Positions 9,941 to 19,455 of a DNA stretch of 64,000 nt are shown here, one piece after another. The notes beneath the pieces were generated by a model. The model was not told the origin of the DNA, ran no database searches, and was given only the letters and a program-made list of their open reading frames with translations. Within the stretch, counting starts at the first letter, position 1; each line of letters starts with the position of its first letter. Source of the stretch: Bacteroidota bacterium (GTDB lineage: Bacteria > Bacteroidota > Bacteroidia > 2-12-FULL-35-15); assembly GCA_017303895.1 (NCBI GenBank), contig JAFLBF010000003.1, positions 181,694 to 245,693 of the forward strand, written 5' to 3'. A program made the position numbers and the translations under genes.

Positions 9941-11011
9941 ATGCATTATGTTTTAACTATTATACTGGCACTTTTGTCCTTGCCCAATTTCATCTTTGCT
10001 CAAAAAACACATGATTTAAAGCCAGTAACCGTTTCTGATAAAAAGATCGCAGATACGGTTTTTGGAACCTGGAAATTTAGTGTACACGATTACGAGTTTA
10101 TTGATAACGATCGTTTGCTGCTATTGACGTTTGAAAGAAGTCTGGAAAAAGCGAAAGTTGTTCTGGTAGATGCTTCTCAAAAAGTACTCTCTACCTTTTC
10201 GCTACCGGATGAAGCCCAACAGTTTTATACAGATTATATGGGGTTTGTGAATGTTATTTGTCTGGATCATATCTATAGAGTAAGTGTAAAGAACGATCAG
10301 ATCCATTTGGGATCTTTGCCCGTTGATGATTATCAAACGCGAATTATGCCATGTATTGATACTATTTTGTCGACCATTTATTTTTCTAACTATCAGCGCG
10401 ATTATCCGGAATTCACCTATTATGCCTATAATACAAACGACAGCTCATATGCAGCTTTAAAAACTGTTACAGATCAGGAACAGCTTAAAGAATATAATAT
10501 GGAGTATTATTTTTTAAAACCCAAAGATCGCTTGTATGCCCGGAAACTTGCCGATTATTATAATGTTGATTTTCATAGAGTAGCTGCAACAATGACCGGA
10601 GTTACTAATTCGGTGTACTACACCCCATTATACGCACCACTTTTTACCATCCACGACACGGTTTGTGTATTTGATCACTATAGTAATGCGATCTTAAAAT
10701 ACGACAAGCAAAACCGTTTAGTGGATTCTGTTAATATCAATTACCACCATCCTAAAAACTGGAGAGAGTGGAAGCATAAATTGATCTTTGATGAAGAAAC
10801 AAGTAATGTGTACGCTGTTTATCAAAAAAACGGATTCTATTATTTGAAACAAGTAGATCTATATTCAGGTCAGATAATAGCGTCTTATAAGCTTAGTAAT
10901 CAATATGTTGAAAATATAAAAGTAAAAAACGGGTACGTATATTATGTGTACCGGCCGTTTGAATCATTACAGCAACAATTTGTTTACAAAGAACTGATCT
11001 TAAATGATTGA
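9941..11011 (+). CDS. Secreted hypothetical protein
   Basis: 356 aa with a signal peptide (LALLSLPNFIFAQ). It is Tyr/Asn-rich and I recognise no family. Confidence 0.5.
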   Translation: MHYVLTIILALLSLPNFIFAQKTHDLKPVTVSDKKIADTVFGTWKFSVHDYEFIDNDRLLLLTFERSLEKAKVVLVDASQKVLSTFSLPDEAQQFYTDYMGFVNVICLDHIYRVSVKNDQIHLGSLPVDDYQTRIMPCIDTILSTIYFSNYQRDYPEFTYYAYNTNDSSYAALKTVTDQEQLKEYNMEYYFLKPKDRLYARKLADYYNVDFHRVAATMTGVTNSVYYTPLYAPLFTIHDTVCVFDHYSNAILKYDKQNRLVDSVNINYHHPKNWREWKHKLIFDEETSNVYAVYQKNGFYYLKQVDLYSGQIIASYKLSNQYVENIKVKNGYVYYVYRPFESLQQQFVYKELILND

Positions 11012-11062
11012 CTTTTGGTTTGGTTTTTGTAACTTTATAAAACATTACCAAACTATAAAACA

Positions 11063-11671
11063 ATGAAAAGATCATTCTTATTATTAACGATCGCAGTAGC
11101 AGCAAGTGTTACTGCATTTATGCCTGCAATGAATCCAGAATTGGAGATAGGAAAGCCGGTTCCTTCTGCAGATGTAAAAATGATGGATGTTACCGGAAAA
11201 GAGATCTCCTTAGGTGATGCTAAATCTGAAAATGGTTTGCTGGTCATTTTTTCGTGTAATACCTGTCCTTATGTTAAATTAAGTGAAGCAAGGATCAAAG
11301 ATGTAACGGCTTTGGCCAAGAAGAATAAAATTGGTGTAGTGTTAGTGAATTCAAATGAAGCTCAACGCGAGGATGAGGATTCCTTTGAAGAGATGAAGAA
11401 ATATGCAAAAGCACAGTCGTATGATTTTTATTATGTATTAGATAAAAATTCGCTAGTGGCCGATGCATTTGGAGCAACACGTACTCCACATGTTTTTTTG
11501 TTTGATAAAAAAGGCTTAGCATACCGTGGTGCCATCGATGATAATATCAAAGATGTGAATGATGCGAAAGAGCATTATTTGAAAGATGCTATTGCTGCTG
11601 TTGGTGCCGGTAAGCCGGTGAAAACAACTTCAACCAAATCGGTAGGTTGTTCTATAAAAAGAGTAGAATAA
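11063..11671 (+). CDS. Thioredoxin-fold (redoxin/AhpC-TSA family) periplasmic protein
   Basis: It has a signal peptide, a CxxC motif (CNTCPYV) and thioredoxin-like spacing. Confidence 0.75.
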   Translation: MKRSFLLLTIAVAASVTAFMPAMNPELEIGKPVPSADVKMMDVTGKEISLGDAKSENGLLVIFSCNTCPYVKLSEARIKDVTALAKKNKIGVVLVNSNEAQREDEDSFEEMKKYAKAQSYDFYYVLDKNSLVADAFGATRTPHVFLFDKKGLAYRGAIDDNIKDVNDAKEHYLKDAIAAVGAGKPVKTTSTKSVGCSIKRVE

Positions 11672-11693
11672 TTACTTGATAATAATAACTCAT

Positions 11694-11729
11694 AAAAAAT
11701 CCCCTGAATGTTCATTCAGGGGATTTTTG
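11694..11729. terminator. Bidirectional rho-independent terminator
   Basis: The perfect inverted repeat cccctgaatg/cattcagggg (11701-11722) is flanked by an A-run and a T-run, between convergent genes. Confidence 0.75.
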
Positions 11730-11744
11730 TTTATGATGTTCCGA

Positions 11745-12095
11745 CTATTTGTCCAGGTCTTCAAAATTTACATCAGAGAAGGAATTGTTTTCTGATGAAT
11801 GTTCTGCACGAGGCTCGATTGCTGGAGAATTAGCTTTGATGTGTTCAATTGATTCATTCAAACCCTCTAAGAATTTTTCAAAATCTTCTTTGTATAAAAA
11901 CAACTTGTGCTTTTCATAAAAGAATTTACCATCCTCACCAAAACGCTTCTTGCTTTCTGTGATCGTTAAGTAGAAGTCATTTCCTTTTGTACTTTTTACA
12001 TCAAAGAAATACGTTCTTTTTCCGGCTCTAACAGATTTTGAGAAAATATCATCTCTGTCGTTCCCTTGTTTTTCAAATCCTTCTTCCATCGTCAT
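11745..12095 (-). CDS. PUR-alpha-like DNA/RNA-binding protein (DUF3276 family)
   Basis: 116 aa. The segment KRTYFFDVKSTKGNDFYLTITESKKRF...KHKLFLYKEDFEKF matches the bacterial PUR repeat pattern. Confidence 0.6.
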   Translation of the reverse strand: MTMEEGFEKQGNDRDDIFSKSVRAGKRTYFFDVKSTKGNDFYLTITESKKRFGEDGKFFYEKHKLFLYKEDFEKFLEGLNESIEHIKANSPAIEPRAEHSSENNSFSDVNFEDLDK

Positions 12096-12228
12096 AATTA
12101 AATAATTGAATAATTTTTTCTTTTTTTAGAATTATACTTCTAGCAAATGTTTACAAAAAAAATTGCTAAAACAAGGCTTGTTAATAACTTTTCATAGCTT
12201 GTTAATTAACCCATCAAGCCTTAAAAAC

Positions 12229-13986
12229 TTAGTTTTTTTCTTCTTCCAGTAATTGCATTTTGTGGAGGTTGAAATAATTGCCTTGTTTTGCCAACAATTC
12301 TTGATGATTTCCTTGTTCAATGATGCTTCCATTTTCCATTACAATGATATGATCCGCATTTTTAACGGATGAAACCCGATGTCCAATGATGATGGTAGTT
12401 TTGTTCTTCATAACAGTCTTCAAATTGCTCAAGATCTCTTCTTCTGTTTCGGTGTCTACAGCCGATAAACAATCGTCAAATATGAGTATTTGCGGCTCTT
12501 TGATGATTGCCCTTGCAATAGAGATACGTTGTTTCTGACCACCGGAAAGAGTAATACCTCTTTCACCAACTATTGTTTCAAATTGTTCAGGGAAAGCTGC
12601 AATGTTATCAAATATAGCAGCATTTTTAGCGGCCTGTTCAATCTGCTTTTTGTCTTTATTCTCTATGCCAAACGCTATGTTATTGGAAATGGTATCCGAG
12701 AAAAGGAACACTTCCTGTGGAACATAGCCAATATTCTTTCTTAAAAGTGCCAAATTGTGTTTTGAGATCAATTGTTTGTCCAGCATGATTTCACCTTCAG
12801 CGGGATCATAAAGTCTGCAGATCAGGTTAGCGATGGTTGATTTTCCTGATCCTGTTTTTCCAATGATCGCTAATGAGCCTCCTTTTTCAATTTTGAAGGA
12901 GCAGTTCTGTATGGCTGTGATGCCTGAATCGGGGTAGGTAAAACTTACATTTTTGAATTCAATTTCACCTTCAATAGGGTAGATCTGATCATCTGTATTC
13001 GTGATCGCAGGAGCTGTCTGTAAGAATTCATTGATGCGCGTTTGTGATGCTGCAGCCCTTTGAATGAGGGATGTTACCCAACCCAAAGAGGCAATAGGCC
13101 AGGTTAAACGGTTAACATAAACAATGAATTCAGCGATGTTTCCGTAGGTAAGTCCTTTGTTTTCAATTACTAACATTCCTCCGATATAAATCGTGAAAAT
13201 GGTGCTTAAGCCAATTAACAAGATCATGAACGGTTGGAATAAGGATTCGGTTTTGATCAAATTCAGTGTTCTGTTCTGGTAGGCAGCGCTGTGTTTCTCA
13301 AATTCAGAAATGGAATGTCCTTCTCTCCCATAAGCTTTTAATACACGTATTCCCGAGAAGGCTTCTTGTGCATGAGAGGTAATATCAGATAATTTTTCTT
13401 GAACCTGGGTACTTTTTTTATTGATCGTATGACTCACGTAGTAGATCGAAATGGCAAGAACAGGCAATGGAATAAGTACATAGATGGTGAGCTTCAGATC
13501 AATGTTGATCATCACAAAAATAGTAAGTGAAAATGTAACAGCAGTATTGATGATGTACATAATGGCGGGGCCGATATACATTCTTACCCTGCTAACATCC
13601 TCACTGATGCGGTTCATGATATCGCCCGTATTGTTTCTTTTATAAAAGCCGATATCCAGTTTTTGATAATGCTCATAGATCTCATTTTTTAGATCGTATT
13701 CAATGTGCCTCGACATAACGATGATGGTTTGGCGCATTAAAAACAAAAAGAAACCACTTATTACAGCCAATCCAATGATCAGTCCTCCATAAAAAAGAAG
13801 ACGGGTATGAGGGTCATTATTAGCCTCTTTTAGAGCGGGGATCTCCTTTAAATAGTCGATCGCATCACGTACATAGGTGACAGAATAAACTCCAAAAATA
13901 TTGGACAGAATAACAAATACAACTCCTAATCCCAGTCTCCACCTGTATTTATAGAAGTATTTATTGATGTGTTTGAGTGATTTCAA
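12229..13986 (-). CDS. ABC transporter, fused permease/ATPase (MsbA-like exporter)
   Basis: 585 aa with six N-terminal TM helices, Walker A GKTGSGKST, signature LSGGQKQR and Walker B ILIFDD. Confidence 0.9.
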   Translation of the reverse strand: MKSLKHINKYFYKYRWRLGLGVVFVILSNIFGVYSVTYVRDAIDYLKEIPALKEANNDPHTRLLFYGGLIIGLAVISGFFLFLMRQTIIVMSRHIEYDLKNEIYEHYQKLDIGFYKRNNTGDIMNRISEDVSRVRMYIGPAIMYIINTAVTFSLTIFVMINIDLKLTIYVLIPLPVLAISIYYVSHTINKKSTQVQEKLSDITSHAQEAFSGIRVLKAYGREGHSISEFEKHSAAYQNRTLNLIKTESLFQPFMILLIGLSTIFTIYIGGMLVIENKGLTYGNIAEFIVYVNRLTWPIASLGWVTSLIQRAAASQTRINEFLQTAPAITNTDDQIYPIEGEIEFKNVSFTYPDSGITAIQNCSFKIEKGGSLAIIGKTGSGKSTIANLICRLYDPAEGEIMLDKQLISKHNLALLRKNIGYVPQEVFLFSDTISNNIAFGIENKDKKQIEQAAKNAAIFDNIAAFPEQFETIVGERGITLSGGQKQRISIARAIIKEPQILIFDDCLSAVDTETEEEILSNLKTVMKNKTTIIIGHRVSSVKNADHIIVMENGSIIEQGNHQELLAKQGNYFNLHKMQLLEEEKN

Positions 13987-14010
13987 GGGCTATTTATATA
14001 TGCTTTACAT

Positions 14011-14041
14011 TTTGGCTACTCGAAAAATAACTATAATTTTG
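14011..14041 (+). promoter_or_regulatory. Candidate Bacteroidota sigma-A promoter (TTTG-N19-TAATTTTG)
   Basis: TTTG lies at 14011-14014, followed by a 19-nt spacer and TAATTTTG at 14034-14041. This is about 78 nt upstream of the leucine dehydrogenase ATG. Confidence 0.5.
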
Positions 14042-14119
14042 CGCCACCAAATGAATGTGGTACAAAAGTAAGCATTAAACAATTCGGCACACCGCCAATT
14101 AATCAATAAACAAATTAGT

Positions 14120-15229
14120 ATGATACAAGTTCAGGATATTAAAAATTCATCGTTGATGGAAAATCCGGTTATCGCTCAGATGGCTCTGAATAACCACGAA
14201 CAGATCGTTTTTTGTAACGATAATGAAACAGGCTTAAAAGCGATCATCGCTATTCATAACACGGTTTTAGGACCAAGTTTGGGTGGAACGCGTATGTGGG
14301 CCTATAATAATGAAATGGAAGCATTAACTGATGTTCTCCGTCTTTCTAGAGGGATGACCTATAAATCGTCTGTAGCAGGATTAAATTTAGGTGGTGGTAA
14401 AGCGGTGATCATTGGCGACTCTAAAACACAAAAAAATGAAGCGTTAATGCGCAGATTCGGGAAGTTCGTCAATAGCTTGTCAGGAAAATACATAACAGCG
14501 GAAGATGTAGGTGTAAGCACAAAAGATATGGAGTACATCAAAATGGAAACGGATTTTGTGAGTGGCTTGCCGGTAAATATGGGAGGTAGTGGTGATCCTT
14601 CTCCTGTTACGGCTTATGGTGTGTATCTGTCGATGAAAGCTTCGGCCAAAGAAAAATGGGGGAACGATAGCTTGTCAGGTAAAAAAGTGGTTGTACAAGG
14701 AATTGGTCATGTGGGCGAAAGTCTAGTGAAACATTTGGTGAAAGAAGGTGCTAAGGTTTCTATTTTCGATATTAATGAAGAAAGAGTGAAGGCTGTTGCT
14801 AAAGAAACAGGCGCGGAGGTGATCGCTGATGGATCGAAGATCTATGATCTGGAAATGGATATCTATGCTCCATGTGCATTAGGAGCAACAGTGAATACCG
14901 ATACATTGAATCGCTTAAAATGTGCTATCATTTGTGGTGCAGCAAATAATCAGCTAGCAGACGAAAATGTGCATGGGAAAATGGTGATCGAAAAAGGGAT
15001 TTTGTATGCTCCTGATTTTGTGGTGAACGCAGGTGGTATTATCAATGTGTACTATGAATTAGAAGGATATAACAGAGAACGTGCCTTAGCACATGCAGAG
15101 AAGATCTATGATACCACATTAAATATTTTCAAGATCTCTAAAGAGCAAAATATTCCGACATACGTTGCAGCTAATCGTTTGGCAGAAAAACGTATTGCTG
15201 ATATAGCAAAGATCAAAGTGTCATTTTAA
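14120..15229 (+). CDS. Leucine (Glu/Leu/Phe/Val family) dehydrogenase
   Basis: 369 aa with motifs GGTRMW and the catalytic GGGKAVI, plus the Rossmann segment VVVQGIGHVG. Confidence 0.85.
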   Translation: MIQVQDIKNSSLMENPVIAQMALNNHEQIVFCNDNETGLKAIIAIHNTVLGPSLGGTRMWAYNNEMEALTDVLRLSRGMTYKSSVAGLNLGGGKAVIIGDSKTQKNEALMRRFGKFVNSLSGKYITAEDVGVSTKDMEYIKMETDFVSGLPVNMGGSGDPSPVTAYGVYLSMKASAKEKWGNDSLSGKKVVVQGIGHVGESLVKHLVKEGAKVSIFDINEERVKAVAKETGAEVIADGSKIYDLEMDIYAPCALGATVNTDTLNRLKCAIICGAANNQLADENVHGKMVIEKGILYAPDFVVNAGGIINVYYELEGYNRERALAHAEKIYDTTLNIFKISKEQNIPTYVAANRLAEKRIADIAKIKVSF

Positions 15230-15257
15230 TTTTTTATTAATCGTATAATCAGAGGTT

Positions 15258-16205
15258 ATGTTAAACAGAAGGTATTTAAGAATTAAGGCGATGCAGGCGT
15301 TATACGGTTTTTTTCAATCGGAGAATAAAGATCTTGCTAAAACAGAACGTGAAATGTTTACCGGAATAGATAAGATCTATGATCTTTATATCTATCAGTT
15401 AGCGTTTTTGTTGGAATTAAAACATGTGGCGGGCGTACTTATTGAGGAGGCAAAAACGAAACATCTTCCTTCCAAAGAAGATCTGAATCCAAATTTGAAA
15501 TTTATTGAGAATAAGTTCCTTATTCAGTTGGAGGAGAATATTCATTTGAAACGCGAGATGAACAATCGTAAGATCAGCTGGAACAACGAATTTGAGTTGG
15601 TGAAGAAGGTTCTCAATACGATCAAAGCTTCAGAGATCTACGGAAAATACATGAATGTTTCCGATGATTCATACAAAACGGATCGCAACTTTATCATCGA
15701 GATCTTTAAAGAATTTATTGCGGATTATGAAGTGTTGAATCATTTGTATGAGGAAAAGAATTTGCATTGGGGAGATGATATTTACATTGTGAATCCAACC
15801 GTTGTTAAAACAATTGAGAGTTTTAAAGAAGATTCAACTCCCGATCTGCATTTAAGTGTGTTGTATAAAGACAGAGAAGAGGACATGGAATTTGTGAAGG
15901 ATCTTTTACGACAAACAGCTATCCGTAACGATGAAACGGAAAAGCTGATCGGTGATAAAACAAAGAATTGGGAAGTGGAGCGTATTGCGATGATGGATGT
16001 TCTGTTGATGAAAATGGCTATTACTGAGATGTTGCATTTTTCAAGTATTCCTGTTAAAGTAACATTGAATGAATACATTGAGATCTCGAAAATGTATAGT
16101 ACTCCTAAGAGTAAGATCTTTATCAATGGGATCTTAGATAAGTTGGTTGCCGATTTTAAATCGGGAAATATGCTCAACAAAATGGGTAGAGGTTTAATGG
16201 AATAA
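15258..16205 (+). CDS. nusB: Transcription antitermination factor NusB (long Bacteroidota form)
   Basis: The N-terminus (RRYLRIKAMQALY) and the C-terminal NusB core (ERIAMMDVLLMKMAITEM...FINGILDKL) match. At 315 aa it is longer than the canonical ~140 aa. Confidence 0.75.
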   Translation: MLNRRYLRIKAMQALYGFFQSENKDLAKTEREMFTGIDKIYDLYIYQLAFLLELKHVAGVLIEEAKTKHLPSKEDLNPNLKFIENKFLIQLEENIHLKREMNNRKISWNNEFELVKKVLNTIKASEIYGKYMNVSDDSYKTDRNFIIEIFKEFIADYEVLNHLYEEKNLHWGDDIYIVNPTVVKTIESFKEDSTPDLHLSVLYKDREEDMEFVKDLLRQTAIRNDETEKLIGDKTKNWEVERIAMMDVLLMKMAITEMLHFSSIPVKVTLNEYIEISKMYSTPKSKIFINGILDKLVADFKSGNMLNKMGRGLME

Positions 16206-16249
16206 GTGTTTAAGAATAAATAATAGTATAAATCAAAACAATATCAGAT

Positions 16250-16720
16250 ATGAAAACATCATTTTTATTTTTGGGATTCGTTTTTTTGATCGCAGCATGT
16301 GAGCCACCTAAAGCAAATCAGGCTGAGCCACAGGTTTCTACCGATGTGATCAATGTGCCGGCTACGGCTTCTGATAAACCTTTAGAGGCAGGAATGGGCG
16401 CTCAAATGACTTTCGTAGAAGAAAGTCACGATTTTGGAAAGATCACGCAAGGAGAAAAGGTGTCGTATTCATTTGTTTTTAAGAATACAGGGAATGCCGA
16501 CTTAGTAATTTCTAATGCATCAGCAAGCTGCGGTTGTACTGTTCCAAATTATCCTAAAACCCCTGTTAAGCCGGGACAAGAGTCAAAGATCGATGTGGTG
16601 TTTGATAGTTCAGGAAAATCAGGCTTGGTTTCAAAAACGGTAACGCTTGTAACCAACTGTATGCCGAGTACAAAGCAATTAACTATCAGCACAACGGTTA
16701 TGGTGCCGGAAGAAGAGTAA
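16250..16720 (+). CDS. DUF1573 domain lipoprotein
   Basis: It has a lipobox (LIAAC) and the characteristic HDFGKI...FKNTGNADLVISN..ASCGCT motif. Confidence 0.7.
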   Translation: MKTSFLFLGFVFLIAACEPPKANQAEPQVSTDVINVPATASDKPLEAGMGAQMTFVEESHDFGKITQGEKVSYSFVFKNTGNADLVISNASASCGCTVPNYPKTPVKPGQESKIDVVFDSSGKSGLVSKTVTLVTNCMPSTKQLTISTTVMVPEEE

Positions 16721-16765
16721 TAAGTAACAATCAATAAATTAATCAATCTAAAAACAAAAAAAATT

Positions 16766-17047
16766 ATGGAGCAATTAGGACAGTTTATACCCTTGATATT
16801 GATCATTGTGGTGTTTTATTTTTTTATGATCCGTCCTCAATTAAAAAAGGCGAAAGAACAAAAGAAATTTCGTGAGAATTTAAAAGTGGGTGACAAGATC
16901 GTTACCATTGGTGGGATCCATGCAAAAGTTTCTGAAATACAAGATACTACTCTTATGATCACTGTTGAAGGTGGTGTAAAATTGAAGATCGAGAAGAGTG
17001 CTGTTTCAATGGATTCTTCTTCATTGATCGGTGCTGATCAGAAATAG
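16766..17047 (+). CDS. yajC: Preprotein translocase subunit YajC
   Basis: 93 aa with a single TM followed by [13 protein letters not shown]...[14 protein letters not shown]. Confidence 0.85.
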   Translation: MEQLGQFIPLILIIVVFYFFMIRPQLKKAKEQKKFRENLKVGDKIVTIGGIHAKVSEIQDTTLMITVEGGVKLKIEKSAVSMDSSSLIGADQK

Positions 17048-17066
17048 AATTTTTCCAATTGTATTT

Positions 17067-17101
17067 ATAGCGTTGTGGTTTACTGCAACGCTATTTTTTT
17101 G
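17067..17101 (+). terminator. Rho-independent terminator after yajC
   Basis: The stem atagcgttg/caacgctat (17067-17075 / 17086-17094) is followed by a T7 run. Confidence 0.7.
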
Positions 17102-17117
17102 TACTTTTAGTTGATCA

Positions 17118-18110
17118 ATGACACAGACATTCATCCGTTTTTTTAGAAATGATAAAAGCAAACAGCCTGTTAAACTAAACAGACGTGTGATCACGTTCCT
17201 TTTTTGTTTGTTACTATCAGGCTTCTTTTGGTTGCTCATGATGCTCTCCAAGGATTACACGATCAATGTGAGTTTTCCTGTCGATTATGTGAATGTGCCC
17301 TCAGATAAAGTTTTAAGCAGCGAATTGCCGGAGAAGATCGAAATGGAAATATCCTCCCGTGGTTTTAGTTTGCTGTTCTATAAATTGCGCCAGATAACCA
17401 AAACCGTTTCATTGGATCTGAAAGATGCACGTCCTTTAAATATAAAGAATCATTATTTTTTGTACACGAATAATGGTGTAGATAAAATTCGAGCTCAATT
17501 TGCCAATGGAATAAAAGTGATCAAAGTACAGCCCGATACTATTTTTCTGAATTACAATAAAAAGATCACCAAGCGTGTGCCTGTTAAGGTGGATTGTGAT
17601 CTTACTTTTGCGGATCAATATCAGCTGGCGGATAGCATTCAAGTAAATCCAGCTTTTATTACCATTTCAGGCGCAGTAGATGTGGTTGAACCTGTCTCTT
17701 ATGTTATTGCTGAGCCATTATCCATGAAGGGGATCAGTAAAACAGAAAAAGTGAGTGTGGCACTTTACCACGATAAAAAAAGGGGCAAGATAGAATACTC
17801 TAAAAATAAAATAGAGGTGATTATCAAAGTGCAAAAGTTCACGGAAGCAAGTATTGAATTGCCTATTGAGGTGGAGCATTTACCGGCAGGGTATTCCTTA
17901 AAAATGTTTCCTGACAAAGTGCAAGTAAAATATAATGTAGCATTTGATAATTATGAAAAAATAAGTGCTTCCGGCTTTAAAGCGGTTATCGATTATAACA
18001 AGATAGAAGAGGGAGATAATAAAGCCAAAGTTCAATTGGTAGAATATCCCAAGGAAATACGGGCCGTTAAACTCAATCCTGAAAAGGTAGAATACATTAT
18101 CAAAAAATGA
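17118..18110 (+). CDS. YbbR-like domain protein (CdaR family)
   Basis: 330 aa with an N-terminal TM and repeated YbbR-like beta modules. Its stop overlaps the coaE start (ATGA). Confidence 0.6.
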   Translation: MTQTFIRFFRNDKSKQPVKLNRRVITFLFCLLLSGFFWLLMMLSKDYTINVSFPVDYVNVPSDKVLSSELPEKIEMEISSRGFSLLFYKLRQITKTVSLDLKDARPLNIKNHYFLYTNNGVDKIRAQFANGIKVIKVQPDTIFLNYNKKITKRVPVKVDCDLTFADQYQLADSIQVNPAFITISGAVDVVEPVSYVIAEPLSMKGISKTEKVSVALYHDKKRGKIEYSKNKIEVIIKVQKFTEASIELPIEVEHLPAGYSLKMFPDKVQVKYNVAFDNYEKISASGFKAVIDYNKIEEGDNKAKVQLVEYPKEIRAVKLNPEKVEYIIKK

Positions 18111-18688
18111 TCAAAGTCGGGATCACAGGTGGAATAGGTAGCGGAAAGACTACCGTTTGCAAGCTTTTTGAATTGCTTGGTGTTCCCGTATATTATTCCG
18201 ATACAGAGGCAAAAAAGTTGTTGGACGAGGATGAAGTAGTAAAACAACAAATCGTTGATCTGTTCGGACATGATGTGATCGATGAAAGTGGTAAGGTAGA
18301 TAGAAAAAAAATGGCAGCATTGGTGTTCAATAATAAAGAACGACTGGAGCAATTGAACGCTGTTGTTCATCCTGCAGTCGCTCAGCATTTTGAAGCATGG
18401 TGTAAAAAACAAACCAATGTTTTTATATTGAAAGAAGCTGCTATTTTGTTTGAAAGCGGTGCTCACAAGCAAGTAGATAAGGTGATCGTTGTGAGTGCCC
18501 CACTGGATCTAAAAGTGGAACGTGTTATAAAGCGTGATAAGGTTGCTAAAGAAGAGGTGTTAAAAAGGATCAACAACCAAATGCCTGATGAAGAAAAGGT
18601 AAAGCTGGCTGACCATGTAATATATAATAATGAGAAAGAGTTGTTGATACCGCAGGTAATAGCTGTTTATCAGCAATTGATAAATTAA
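18107..18688 (+). CDS. coaE: Dephospho-CoA kinase
   Basis: It has the P-loop GITGGIGSGKTT and is 193 aa long, which is typical for the family. Confidence 0.9.
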   Translation: MIKVGITGGIGSGKTTVCKLFELLGVPVYYSDTEAKKLLDEDEVVKQQIVDLFGHDVIDESGKVDRKKMAALVFNNKERLEQLNAVVHPAVAQHFEAWCKKQTNVFILKEAAILFESGAHKQVDKVIVVSAPLDLKVERVIKRDKVAKEEVLKRINNQMPDEEKVKLADHVIYNNEKELLIPQVIAVYQQLIN

Positions 18689-18735
18689 TTTTTGAGCGTT
18701 CAAAAACTTTACTATTTTAGTTGAAAATTAAAACT

Positions 18736-19107
18736 ATGGAAAATCAAGGAAATACAAATTCAGGAACACAACAACAATTTACTCAACAGTTTGGCGGACA
18801 AAATCTTCCTAACTCAACAGCAGTATTAGTATTAGGTATCATCTCCATTGTAGCATGTTTTTGCTACGGGATCATCGGGATCATTTTAGCGATCATTGCA
18901 TTGGTTTTGGCTTCAAAGGCGAATACTTTGTATCAGCAAAATCCCGGAATGTATACGGAAGCATCTTTTAAAAATTTAAAAGCAGGTAAAATTTGTGCGA
19001 TCATTGGATTGTGTTTATCTGCGTTATATTTCATCTTTATTATTGTTTACATTGTTATTCTTGGTGCTGTATTCTCTTCAATGCCATGGGAAATGATGTC
19101 GCATTAA
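18736..19107 (+). CDS. Small membrane protein (CCC-motif / DUF4190-like)
   Basis: A Gln-rich N-terminus is followed by two TM helices. I place the start at the ATG at 18736 rather than the TTG at 18721. Confidence 0.55.
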   Translation: MENQGNTNSGTQQQFTQQFGGQNLPNSTAVLVLGIISIVACFCYGIIGIILAIIALVLASKANTLYQQNPGMYTEASFKNLKAGKICAIIGLCLSALYFIFIIVYIVILGAVFSSMPWEMMSH

Positions 19108-19127
19108 TTAGAAAATAAACTCATTTC

Positions 19128-19156
19128 AAAGAGGACTTTTTGTCCTCTTTTTTTTT
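19128..19156 (+). terminator. Rho-independent terminator
   Basis: The stem aaagaggac/gtcctcttt is followed by a long T-run. Confidence 0.7.
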
Positions 19157-19158
19157 GA

Positions 19159-19455
19159 ATGGAAAAAGTAATACATTGGCTGGAATCACACATGATGGCA
19201 TGCCCCTACAAGGCTTGGTTGCATGTCGATTGTCCGGGTTGTGGTATGCAGCGCTCTGTCATCGAATTGCTGAAAGGCAATTTTTATGAGAGCTTTTTGC
19301 TATATCCGGCTCTTCTTCCTATTGTTTTTACTTTCTTTATTACTTTTTTGCACTTGGTCTTTAAATTTAAGAATGGAGCTGATTGGATAAAGTATTCCTT
19401 TTTTATTTCTGTTGCGATCATAACAGTTAACTTTGTGGTAAAGCTATTTTTATAA
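19159..19455 (+). CDS. DUF2752 domain membrane protein
   Basis: It has an N-terminal CP...CPGCG zinc-ribbon-like motif and then TM helices. Confidence 0.55.
   Translation: MEKVIHWLESHMMACPYKAWLHVDCPGCGMQRSVIELLKGNFYESFLLYPALLPIVFTFFITFLHLVFKFKNGADWIKYSFFISVAIITVNFVVKLFL

Noticed and set aside
12160-12228. Terminator downstream of the ABC exporter, based on the aaggcttg...caagcctt inverted repeat.
   Set aside because: The 8-bp stem has a ~34-nt loop and a weak T-tract. It is plausible, but I am not confident enough to list it as a feature.
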